Below, piece by piece: positions 1 to 8,784 of a stretch of 64,000 bases of DNA. Where the stretch lies: positions 192,001 through 256,000 of the forward strand of contig CAWJKZ010000017.1 in assembly GCA_963843575.1 (NCBI GenBank), in the 5' to 3' direction. Each line of letters begins with the position of its first letter. The stretch's first letter is position 1. The notes below the pieces were generated by a model, which saw nothing but the letters and a program-made list of their open reading frames with translations, had not been told where the DNA came from and did no database searches. Position numbers and translations under genes: made by a program. Origin of the DNA: an uncultured Acidobacteriota bacterium. GTDB taxonomy: Bacteria; Acidobacteriota; UBA6911.

Positions 1-82
1 GCCGGGCTCGGGCCCGACTCCCACCGCAACTGTGACTGTCATCGTATTCGAGCCGGAAGATTCCGGCGGAAAAGGGGGCACA

Positions 83-595
83 ATGAAGCTGAAAGTCCGC
101 GGTTGTATTGCATTGGCTGCCGTGCTGGCGACTGCGGCACTCGTCGCCGCTCATCCTCATTTCAACAAGACCATCACGGTAAAGCTGCCGAGCGGGGTCG
201 AGGCTGTCATCACCTACAACACGACCCCTGCCAACGAGGCGAACGCCGAGAAGGCGGCGGTCGGGGCCTTCGTCACGCCCCGGCGCCCGATGCTGAAGCT
301 CTCCGCAGAGTTGAAGGCAGGCGCGGTGACCATACCGGCAGGCGAGTACACGATAGGGGTGATTAAGAACTCGCAAGACGACTGGACGATGGCGCTGTAT
401 CCGGGCCAGGTCGCCCGCGGCCAGGAACCGGAAGCGGCCAAGCTGATCAAGCTCGAATCGATGTATGCCAAGGGGGCCGAAGGCGCTGCACCCCACATGC
501 TCATCGACATCTCCCCGGGATCCGGGAAATTCGAGGGGCGCGCGGTGCTCACGATCCACTTCGGCACCCTGTTCCTCGCCGGCGCTCTCTCCTGA
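83..595 (+). CDS. Secreted DUF2911-like protein
   Basis: ATG at 83 follows AAGGGGG. N-terminal signal peptide; the IPAGEYTIGVI...WTMAL segment resembles DUF2911. Confidence 0.6.
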   Translation: MKLKVRGCIALAAVLATAALVAAHPHFNKTITVKLPSGVEAVITYNTTPANEANAEKAAVGAFVTPRRPMLKLSAELKAGAVTIPAGEYTIGVIKNSQDDWTMALYPGQVARGQEPEAAKLIKLESMYAKGAEGAAPHMLIDISPGSGKFEGRAVLTIHFGTLFLAGALS

Positions 596-808
596 GGCGT
601 ACGGTTTCGTTTGACCGGGCGGGACGCCGGACGCCCCGCCCGAGGTCGGTCTTCACTTCTCGCCGCGCATTCCTCCTCATTCAAACCGGGTACCCTTCTT
701 GGAAGTTCGTATGCCCCTTCTGGTCGACCCGGATCCCACATGGTATGGTTCCACGCAGGGACCTGGTTCAGGTTTCCGTCCCCCTGAAAGCACGAGGAGG
801 AGCTTTTT

Positions 809-1850
809 CTGCGAACTCGAGACATATTGCGTGCGTGGGGGCTGATTCTAGCCGGCAGAACCCCTTCCCTCTCCATCGAAATCACCCGTGAATGCCCGCT
901 CTCCTGCCCCGGCTGCTATGCCTACGGCGAGAACCATCTCGGAAACTCCACTCTGCTGCGCGACCTGCGGGACTTCAAGGGCAGGGATCTGACAGAGGGC
1001 ATCCTGCGCCTGGTCGACACCCACCGTCCGCTTCATGTCTCGCTGGTAGGCGGGGAGCCGCTGGTGCGGTTCCGCGAGCTTTCCGAAGTGCTCCCGGCTC
1101 TCGATGCGAAGGGCGTCAACGTCCAGGTGGTCACCAGCGCCGTGCGCCCCATTCCGCTGGAGTGGCGTCGTTTGCGCCTGCTGAACATCGTCGTCTCTAT
1201 CGATGGCCTGCAGCCCGAGCACGATGCGCGGCGCAAGCCCGCAACCTACGACCGCATTCTCAGGCACATCGAAGGGCACCGCATCACGGTGCACTGCACG
1301 GTGACCCAGCAGATGACCGCAGGACGTGGACTACCTGGAGAGGTTCACCGATTTCTGGAGCCGGCGCGATGAGGTGCGCAGGATCTGGATGAGCCTTTTC
1401 ACGCCGCAACAGGGGGACAGCAATGCCGAAATCCTGTCACCGGCAGCCCGGGAATGGGTCATCGGCACCATTTCGAAACTGCGTGGCCGGTTCCCGAAAC
1501 TTGAGATGCCCCAGGGCCTGCTCGAGGTCTACCGCAGGCCACCGGAGAGCCCGGATCGGTGCATTTTCGCCCTGACGACGCGATCCATTTCCGCAGATCT
1601 GCAGCGGGTGATCACACCATGTCAATTCGGAGGGCGGCCCGACTGTTCGCAGTGCGGGTGCATCGCCTCGGCTGCTTTGGGCGCCGTGGGGCGCCACCGG
1701 CTTCCTCTCGGAATCCAGGTGGGGACCATTTACCGGGCGTCCTACCGGATCGGGCAGTGGTGGAGCCGCGTGCGGCGTTCGAGCCACCCAGAGCTCCGGC
1801 CGGTGCGCGGACCGCAAGGCCTGCGCGTCCTGAGCGACTCCGCCAAGTGA
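809..1850 (+). CDS. Radical SAM protein, split by a +1 frameshift near 1317
   Basis: CPLSCPGC (CxxxCxxC), GGEP and SIDG motifs in ORF 827-1372. Continues in ORF 1326-1850 with a Cys-rich C-terminus (CQFGGRPDCSQCGC). Removing one C at 1317-1318 joins the frames. Start is CTG 809 or TTG 827. Confidence 0.8.
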
Positions 1851-1879
1851 GCACCTCGAGTGTCCCGCAAAAACACGAT

Positions 1880-1906
1880 GTGGGCCGCGTCGGGCCGACG
1901 CGGCCC
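1880..1906 (+). repeat. REP-like palindrome, family A (GTGG + GC stem)
   Basis: GTGGGCCGCGTCG-GGC-CGACGCGGCCC between convergent genes; three near-identical copies elsewhere in the window. Confidence 0.75.
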
Positions 1907-1909
1907 GCC

Positions 1910-3409
1910 TCAGCTAAGGCTGCGGAAAACACCGGAGCGGCGCGAAGGATAGGAACTTCGCACGAGGTTGCGCTCGGCGATGGGCGCATAGGCCAGGAGG
2001 ACCACGCAGATGATGGTCAGGCCCAGGCGCCACCGCGGGTAGAGCATCAGGGGGGACAGCGCCCACACCTCGCTGATCAGAAACAAAAATGGGAAAAGCC
2101 TGCGGTACTGCATGCCGGTTTCGGGATCGTCGAAGCCGACGGAGGCGATCAGGTACATCCGGACAGCGATCCCGCACACGCCGGTGATCATCATCAGAGT
2201 TGTCAGGTATCGGGCGATGGCCGATGCGCGGGTATAGTCGGTCGTGACCCATTCCCGGGTCAGCCCGAGTAGCGCGTTGACGGCGTCGCCCAAATAGAAG
2301 AGAGTCACGCCATAGATCGCCAGATACATCACCTGCATGAGGATCGTCAACACCTTCGATATCGACCGGGGAATCACCGCCAGGTCGCGCTCCCGTAGGG
2401 CCATCCCGCCGGAACCCTGCGGCGAGCGCAGCCGCCCGAGGTCTTCGGCGAGCATGCGGGCGCTGGGGTAACGGTCCTCCCGCCGCTTCTGCATGCACCT
2501 CCTGATGACGAACTGCAGTTCGGGGGAGATGTTCGCAGACCCTGGCGGAAGCGCCGGGGTCTCCGGCGACATGATGCGCGCTATCGTCGTGGTCGTGCTG
2601 TCTGCCTGAAACGGGTTGGTACCGGTCACCATCTCATAAAGCACTATGCCAAGCGAGAAGATATCGGTTCGCGCGTCCACGGCGCCGCCGGCAATCTGCT
2701 CTTGGGACATGTACTGCACCGTGCCGACGATCGTCCCCTCCTTCGTCTCGAAAAACGTTCCCGACTTGGTGGATTCCGTCTTCGACACGAAATCGGCGCC
2801 GAGCCTCTTGGCCAGCCCGAAGTCGAGGATCTTGACCCGGCCCTCGGGCGTGATCATGATGTTCTGCGGTTTGATGTCGCGGTGCAGGATGCCCTTTTCG
2901 TGGGCGTGCGTCAGGGCGCCCGCCAGTTGGCTGCCGATGTCGACGATCGTGCTCTCAGGGATGGCCCCTTCCGCGATCAGCGTGTCGAGCCGCTTCCCCT
3001 CGACAAACTCGTAGACAATAAACTCCCTCCCTTCGTGCTCCGCGTAGTCGAGCACGCTCACGATGGAGGGGTGGTTCAGGGCAGCGGCCGCCCGCGCTTC
3101 CTGGCGAAATCGGGCCTTCCCGTCGCCGGAAAGTGCGATTTTCTTTAGGAACTTGACGGCGACGGTCTTGCCGAGCGAGTTGTCGTGCGCGCGGTAGACG
3201 TCGGCCATGCCCCCGCTGCCCACACATTGCTCGATCGTGTATCGTCCGAGGCGCTCTTTCATCGGGCGGAGAACTCCGGCACCCCCGTCGCGGTCCGAAT
3301 CCGGTGACGGTGCCGGGTCCGCGACTGTCACCGTTGCGTTCATCCTCGGCATCCGGAACAGCCCGGAAATCCATCGGCCCGACAAAACGGATCGTGTGTT
3401 CGTTACCAT
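1910..3409 (-). CDS. Hanks-type Ser/Thr protein kinase with a C-terminal multi-pass membrane domain
   Basis: GSGGMADVY, VAVK, HRDIKPQN, DFG and GTVQYMSQE motifs, then about 4 hydrophobic helices. ATG 3409 has GGAG upstream; alternative starts are 3343 and 3262. Confidence 0.9.
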   Translation of the reverse strand: MVTNTRSVLSGRWISGLFRMPRMNATVTVADPAPSPDSDRDGGAGVLRPMKERLGRYTIEQCVGSGGMADVYRAHDNSLGKTVAVKFLKKIALSGDGKARFRQEARAAAALNHPSIVSVLDYAEHEGREFIVYEFVEGKRLDTLIAEGAIPESTIVDIGSQLAGALTHAHEKGILHRDIKPQNIMITPEGRVKILDFGLAKRLGADFVSKTESTKSGTFFETKEGTIVGTVQYMSQEQIAGGAVDARTDIFSLGIVLYEMVTGTNPFQADSTTTTIARIMSPETPALPPGSANISPELQFVIRRCMQKRREDRYPSARMLAEDLGRLRSPQGSGGMALRERDLAVIPRSISKVLTILMQVMYLAIYGVTLFYLGDAVNALLGLTREWVTTDYTRASAIARYLTTLMMITGVCGIAVRMYLIASVGFDDPETGMQYRRLFPFLFLISEVWALSPLMLYPRWRLGLTIICVVLLAYAPIAERNLVRSSYPSRRSGVFRSLS

Positions 3410-3459
3410 GGCCCGGCTCCCGGTCAGTCGACCGTCCGAACACCGGGGTGGGCTTCGCG

Positions 3460-5163
3460 TCAGGGCACCTTTCGGGAGCGGCCCGGCGCGTGAGTCCATC
3501 CTAACACTTCCAGTAATCCCCTGCCCTGATATCCCAGGATCACCTCGACGGGCAACGCCCAGCCTCCGTCCGCCCGCCTCGTCTCGATGGACACGCAGGC
3601 GATGGGGAAGCGGCCATAGCGGTCGGGTTTGGCACGCGCGGCGGGAAGCGCGGCGACCGTCTTGCCAAGGTCCAGTTCGCCCGCGCCGGCGGATGAAAGT
3701 GTTTCGGGTATCAGTCTGCGGCCGCGTGTGTCCTCGACGTGGTAGCGGTAAACGGGCGCCCCGGTGCCATAGCTCCGTTCGGAGGCGAGGTTTCTGAACA
3801 GCAACCGGAATTGGGAGCCGTCCTGGCGCAGCCTGAAGTCCTCGAGCGCTGTGATCCCGCCCAGCCAGTGGCGGCCGATCAGGTCCCGCCGCAGCCGCAG
3901 CGTGTCGCTCACGTACCGGGTGACTTCGGGACGGGAGTATTCCCCTGCTTCGGCCAGGTTTTCGATCACAGCGTCGGGAAAGGCCGTGACAATCTTGGCG
4001 CCCCAATAGGCGTCGCCGGCATCCGTGCGTTCAAAGGAAAGGTTCGGATAATTAGGTTTCCAGCTGCCCGGCTCGAATAGGACGCTGTCATAGTAGCCAA
4101 CCTCGGGATAACGGATCCTGCCCTGAACTTCCCAAGGGCGACGCCAGATACCAAGGCTGACCAGGGACTTCCCCATGGCCGGGCCATCGAATATGTACTC
4201 GTGGCCGACCCGGTAGGGGCCGTTGATGAAATCACCACTGCCCATGGCAGACCCGAAATCGAGCATGAAGTGTCGGACGAATCCGCCGCCGTCGCGCCCC
4301 GCCACATACACGTCGAGCGCGTTCTTGTCGCCCACGTCGACGTGGTTAATCCAAGAGGCAATGACCCTCATGCCGCGCAGCTCGCGACGCATTTCGTGCG
4401 GGATCAGGTCGTTGGGGTCGTCTTTCCTTCTTCCGGCATATACGAATCGCCCGATCGGTTTGCCTGGCAGGTAGAGGCTGGCCAGTCCACGGTAACGGCC
4501 CTCGACGGGCGCCAGCTTCGACAGCATCGCCTCAAGGTCCGCAGGCGTCAACTTGCGGCGCTTGTTGGTGGGGTCCCGGTAATAGGAATCCGGCCCGAGC
4601 GTCAGGTCTTCCCGGCGGAAGTACACGACGCTGTTGTGGGGGACGTTGTAGCCGGCGGCGTGCATGATCAGGGTGCAGATGCGCTCGGCGGCCGAGTTCC
4701 TCTCCGGCGCGGTCGGAAGGTCGAACTTGAGCACGTATCTCCGGCCCGCGGCGTCGACGACGTCCAGCTTCGGCGTATATCCCTCGTCGTTGACCCGGAT
4801 GATTGTCCACGGCCCCGGCCGGGGCGGTGCGCCCTCGAGTCCCGACAGGATTTCCCCGAATGTCATCGAGGCGAGCCCCATGCGGGTGGAGAACCACGCC
4901 GACTCGGGCACCTCGTCCCACGCGTTGACGTTCAGCGCGCCGTGATCGGCGGCGCAGATCGCCTTGTATTCCGCATCCAGGTGCCGGAACCAGGAGTTGT
5001 AGAAAATCGCATACAGCTCGGAAACCTGCCGTTCCGCTGGTTGCGGCACGGATCGACTGTCCGCATCGGCGCGCAGAGGAGGCCGCAGACGGAGTTCGGG
5101 GCCCGCCAAGACCGCGTGCGCTGGCCACAGCACCAAGCCAAGTAGGATGCAGGCGGCTTTCAT
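3460..5163 (-). CDS. Secreted hypothetical protein with protein-kinase-like motifs (HipA/PI3K/CotH-like fold)
   Basis: Signal peptide MKAACILLGLVLWPAHAVLA. GYTPK, YVLKFD, AAERI, NHVDVGDKN and LDFGS occur in kinase order. 4-bp ATGA overlap with the upstream Omp85 gene. Confidence 0.7.
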   Translation of the reverse strand: MKAACILLGLVLWPAHAVLAGPELRLRPPLRADADSRSVPQPAERQVSELYAIFYNSWFRHLDAEYKAICAADHGALNVNAWDEVPESAWFSTRMGLASMTFGEILSGLEGAPPRPGPWTIIRVNDEGYTPKLDVVDAAGRRYVLKFDLPTAPERNSAAERICTLIMHAAGYNVPHNSVVYFRREDLTLGPDSYYRDPTNKRRKLTPADLEAMLSKLAPVEGRYRGLASLYLPGKPIGRFVYAGRRKDDPNDLIPHEMRRELRGMRVIASWINHVDVGDKNALDVYVAGRDGGGFVRHFMLDFGSAMGSGDFINGPYRVGHEYIFDGPAMGKSLVSLGIWRRPWEVQGRIRYPEVGYYDSVLFEPGSWKPNYPNLSFERTDAGDAYWGAKIVTAFPDAVIENLAEAGEYSRPEVTRYVSDTLRLRRDLIGRHWLGGITALEDFRLRQDGSQFRLLFRNLASERSYGTGAPVYRYHVEDTRGRRLIPETLSSAGAGELDLGKTVAALPAARAKPDRYGRFPIACVSIETRRADGGWALPVEVILGYQGRGLLEVLGWTHAPGRSRKVP

Positions 5164-6461
5164 CGTTTGTATGCTCCGTACCTTGTCGGCCCTCGCAGCG
5201 GAGGGCGTTGCCGGTCTCCAAACAGGATGTGGAACTGGAGCCCCTCGCTGCTGTGCCCGAGTTCGATGCGGACCACGGTCCCGGTCTCCGTGTGGTAGCG
5301 GAAACCGAATCCATAGTTTCGGTGCCAGTTCAGCCAGGTCAGATCGTCGGTGCGGTCGAATATCTGTCCCTCGTCGAAAAATGGGACGGCTTCGACATTC
5401 GGGTGCAGGCGATAGCGGTATTCCAAAGAGAGCAGCAGGAGATTCGTCCCGGAAAAGCGGTCGACTCCGAAACCTCTCAGCGTGGAGGACCCGCCGATGC
5501 GTGGCAGGAGATAGAACGGGATGGGATCGCTCCCGCTGCGTCTGCGGTTGAACTCGAGGCTGGCCAGCCCGACGAAAGCGCTCCGCTGCCGCAGCACAGG
5601 CAGCCGCCCCTCGAGCTGCACCTCGTAGGTGAAATAGCTCAGCCGATTCCTGGCCCCCAGGCCATCCTGATGACTCGCCCCCGTGTGAAGCGCGCCGCCG
5701 AGTTGATAATCGCCCCTGATCCCGTCCAAGCTCAGGTATGAACCTACGCTCTGGAGCGTGGTCTGCCTCCCATACCCCGGCAGATCGGGGAAGAACGCCT
5801 CCGGCGAGGCAAGGGCCGGATTGGTCCCGGCGTGGGTCTCAAACCACCCGGTCCGGTATTCGCTCCCCCAACTTATCCAGGGGTAGGGCGTGATCTCGTA
5901 ACGGACGCCAGCCCACGTCTGGCGCAACGCAAAATTAGAGTGCTGCTCTCGGACCGATTTCTGCCCGATGCCGTAGAAATTTTCGCGCGGGCGCCACTGG
6001 TAGGATCCTTCGACAATCAAGCGGCTGAGACCCATTGAACTCGTCCAGGCGACATCGAATTCCTGGTACTTCGCAGTCGTCAGGCGGCCGACGAGGCTCA
6101 GTGAGGTCCTCTTTCCCCCAACCGTATACCCGGCCCCGCCTCCGAATCCGGTCCCTTCACCCACGCCGCCAAAATAAAGGGCGATGCCCCTATTGCGCAG
6201 CGCCTGGAGCCAGAGGGCGGTCCTTTGCCTTTGATAGGTCGCCTCGTATTTGATGAGGCCCTTTTCCATCCCGGCGGCCAGGAGCCGGGGAGGCACCGAT
6301 ACGGCACGCAGCAGGAAAAAGGCCGGTGGGTGCATGGCCCGCTCGACCTCGTCGGGCGTGGCGATACGGTCTTCCTGGGCTGGGAAGGCAACCGCGACAA
6401 GGTGCGTGACGCCGAGAACCAGGTAGAAAATCACTGCCGGGCCGTTCAGTCGATTCCCCAT
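5160..6461 (-). CDS. BamA/TamA (Omp85) family outer-membrane beta-barrel, without obvious POTRA domains
   Basis: Signal peptide, amphipathic beta-strands, IGGSSTLRGF (VRGF lid-lock motif) and YGFGFRY...VRIELG C-terminal strands. Confidence 0.85.
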   Translation of the reverse strand: MGNRLNGPAVIFYLVLGVTHLVAVAFPAQEDRIATPDEVERAMHPPAFFLLRAVSVPPRLLAAGMEKGLIKYEATYQRQRTALWLQALRNRGIALYFGGVGEGTGFGGGAGYTVGGKRTSLSLVGRLTTAKYQEFDVAWTSSMGLSRLIVEGSYQWRPRENFYGIGQKSVREQHSNFALRQTWAGVRYEITPYPWISWGSEYRTGWFETHAGTNPALASPEAFFPDLPGYGRQTTLQSVGSYLSLDGIRGDYQLGGALHTGASHQDGLGARNRLSYFTYEVQLEGRLPVLRQRSAFVGLASLEFNRRRSGSDPIPFYLLPRIGGSSTLRGFGVDRFSGTNLLLLSLEYRYRLHPNVEAVPFFDEGQIFDRTDDLTWLNWHRNYGFGFRYHTETGTVVRIELGHSSEGLQFHILFGDRQRPPLRGPTRYGAYKR

Positions 6462-6527
6462 GGCAGAATCCTCGACCGAGACAACGAAAGCCGATGCAGA
6501 GATGCGACGAGGTGCTGGTTGTTCGCG

Positions 6528-6536
6528 AGTATACCA
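6528..6536 (-). promoter_or_regulatory. Putative extended -10 promoter (TGgTATACT) of the Omp85 operon
   Basis: The minus strand reads TGGTATACT about 67 nt upstream of ATG 6461. Confidence 0.45.
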
Positions 6537-6545
6537 CTTCTGAGG

Positions 6546-6589
6546 GACGGCGGCTCGACGCCGTCGCAGGCGCCGAAGCGCCGCACTTC
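6546..6589. repeat. REP-like pair, family B
   Basis: 6548-6563 is the exact reverse complement of 22948-22963. 6569-6589 GGCGCCGAAGCGCCGCACTTC closely matches 23085-23105. Confidence 0.65.
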
Positions 6590-6594
6590 AGATT

Positions 6595-7821
6595 CTAGGG
6601 AGTTATGAAGTGGTCGTGAAGCAGCCGCACGGTCTCGACAAGGCGGGGCCGGTCGGTGAGGAGGCTGATCCTGAAGGAGGAGGTGTGCAGCCCTGCGACC
6701 GGGATGCGCAGGCTTTTGAGCAGCGACAGGGCCCGCTGCAGGTACTCGTACCGGTCGGTGATTCCGGTGCCGATCAGCGACACGGCGGAATAGCCGCGGC
6801 ACACACGCACCGAGGATGCGAATTCGCCTTGAATGCGTCCCAGCACGGACTCGAGATGGTAGTTTTCCTTCTCGGGGACGATCAGGCTGCCGCAGAGCGT
6901 CCCGCGCACACCGGGGTGAAACGACACCTGCTTGGTCTTTACGGAGTCTTGCTCAAATCGGCCCAGCAGCTTCTCCAGGGTCGACAGGTCGCCGGCCAGG
7001 CTTTCTTCGAGCTCGAGCAGGACGACTCGCTCCTCGGAAGCGACGCCGACGACCCTCGGTTTGATTCTCCCCTCGAGGTTGCGGATGATGGTGCCGGCAC
7101 CTTCGGGGGACCACGTGCACATGGCGTGAATCACCGTGTCGCGGAGCTTGGCAAACTCGACAGAGCCGGGGTGCAGCACGCGGGCCCCCGCTTCGCCCAT
7201 CTCCTGCATCTCCTGGTACGAGAGCTGGTTCAGGCGCCGCGCGTTGCTCACGACATTGGGATCGGCGGAATAGACCCCGTCGACGTCGGAGTAGATCTCG
7301 CACAGCTCCGCGCCGAGGGCCGAGGCCAGTGCGACGGCCGTCACGTCGGACCCGCCTCGCCCGAGGGTCGTGATCTCCTTGGCGAAGCTGACCCCCTGAA
7401 AGCCTCCCACGACGGCGACGTATCCCTCGTCCAGGGCCCGCAGCACCCTGAACGGGCGCATTTCGATGATGCGCGCGTTCGTGTGATTGTCGTCGGTGAT
7501 GATGCCGGCCTGCGAGCCGCTCAGCGCGACGGCCCGGCACCCCCGGGCCTCCAGCGCAATGGACAGGAGCGCGGCGCTGATCCGTTCGCCGCTGCTGAGC
7601 AGCATATCCATCTCGCGCGGTGACGGGTTCGGGCTGAGGCCCCTCGCCTCGGCGATGAATCCGTCCGTCTGTTTCGCCCGGGCGGACACGACGACGACGA
7701 GACGCAACCCGGAAGCCTTCTTCCGGAGAACAATCGACGCCACCTGCCCGATCCGATCCGCATCCGCCAGCGACGTCCCGCCAAACTTGAGCACGACGAC
7801 CGGGGAGCCCTCTTGTGCCAT
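6595..7821 (-). CDS. lysC: Aspartate kinase
   Basis: VLKFGGTS, SSGE, TTLGRGGSD and SDVDGVYSADP motifs; C-terminal ACT-like region. Confidence 0.92.
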   Translation of the reverse strand: MAQEGSPVVVLKFGGTSLADADRIGQVASIVLRKKASGLRLVVVVSARAKQTDGFIAEARGLSPNPSPREMDMLLSSGERISAALLSIALEARGCRAVALSGSQAGIITDDNHTNARIIEMRPFRVLRALDEGYVAVVGGFQGVSFAKEITTLGRGGSDVTAVALASALGAELCEIYSDVDGVYSADPNVVSNARRLNQLSYQEMQEMGEAGARVLHPGSVEFAKLRDTVIHAMCTWSPEGAGTIIRNLEGRIKPRVVGVASEERVVLLELEESLAGDLSTLEKLLGRFEQDSVKTKQVSFHPGVRGTLCGSLIVPEKENYHLESVLGRIQGEFASSVRVCRGYSAVSLIGTGITDRYEYLQRALSLLKSLRIPVAGLHTSSFRISLLTDRPRLVETVRLLHDHFITP

Positions 7822-7828
7822 GACCCCC

Positions 7829-7857
7829 AATGTAGGGTTCGAAGGGCCCGGGGTCAA
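7829..7857 (-). promoter_or_regulatory. Sigma70-type promoter, probably giving a leaderless lysC mRNA
   Basis: TTGACC-N17-TACATT ends 7 nt before ATG 7821. Confidence 0.6.
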
Positions 7858-8011
7858 GGGCGAAGGGAAAGGCCAGGGGACCGAGGCGGGCGCCCGCCGA
7901 TTGGCCCGACAAGAGTGCACGCCCGGGGCGATCTCGCGCACAGCCAGTGCACGCCGTCGCCGGTTTCCGGCTGTCGTCACGTGTCTAATCTTGGACGCTG
8001 ATCAACGCAGA

Positions 8012-8737
8012 TCAAAGACAAAGGCATTGGTGACAGACCACGCCCGGCATTCCGCCACGAGGGCTGCCCCTCGTCGCCGGCCAACCCACGACTGGGCCTT
8101 CTCCGCCCGCGAACGTCACACATCCCCGGCGCAGGAATGCCCGTCCGGCGCATGCGCCGCGCCGGGGCTTTCCGTAATGCCGTCTCGCCGTTTCAGTGAC
8201 CTGACGGATGAAATCGCTCTTTGCCCGCGTATATGCCACGCGGGCATCGGGGTGCGCGCTCGAAAGTCTGAGTTTCAGATCGCCATATTCCCGGGCCACG
8301 TCCGGATGTTCGACGAGGTAGTCCCTGAACAGAAGGCTGTCCCAGTGCTCGAAATGAGACTCAACCGCGTGGATGTGATGCGTTCTTTCCCCATCCTGGT
8401 CACGCTTGATAAACCAGGCATAGAATGGCAGGGCGTCATCTCCCCACGATGCCCTCCAAAAGTAGTCATACCCTTGCGCTTCGAGGATAGGTGCAATTCT
8501 CCGCCTGGTCTCATCCAGACTCGTTACCTCGACCAGGATGTCCACAATGGGCTTGGCCACGAGACCAGGAACGGCAGTGCTGCCGAAGTGCTCGACTCTC
8601 TCAACCAGGTCAGCGGGCAGGCACGACAGCAAGTGAAGCCGCTCCTGTTCAAACATATCTGCCCAGCGAGGATCGTATGGCACAAGGACCACTTTTTCTT
8701 TCACGACGCGGGCTATCTTCTCTTCGAGCGTCTCCAT
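8012..8737 (-). CDS. GrpB family protein (nucleotidyltransferase fold)
   Basis: VPYDPRW, EHFGSTAVPGLVAKPIVDI, FRDYL and YTRAKSDFI motifs; the last ~50 aa look like a non-conserved tail. Confidence 0.85.
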   Translation of the reverse strand: METLEEKIARVVKEKVVLVPYDPRWADMFEQERLHLLSCLPADLVERVEHFGSTAVPGLVAKPIVDILVEVTSLDETRRRIAPILEAQGYDYFWRASWGDDALPFYAWFIKRDQDGERTHHIHAVESHFEHWDSLLFRDYLVEHPDVAREYGDLKLRLSSAHPDARVAYTRAKSDFIRQVTETARRHYGKPRRGACAGRAFLRRGCVTFAGGEGPVVGWPATRGSPRGGMPGVVCHQCLCL

Positions 8738-8784
8738 TCGTCCTGCTCTCCCGGGGAAGTGTCGGCGACTCCTGCCCCACGATT

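Noticed and set aside
3410-4006. N-terminal 200-aa extension of the kinase ORF (1910-4006)
   Set aside because: It overlaps the upstream 567-aa gene in another frame and is low-complexity; a start with an RBS exists at 3409.
7860-8010. Lysine riboswitch upstream of aspartokinase
   Set aside because: No conserved AGAGG(U)GC core or multi-stem architecture, and the predicted promoter lies directly at the start codon.
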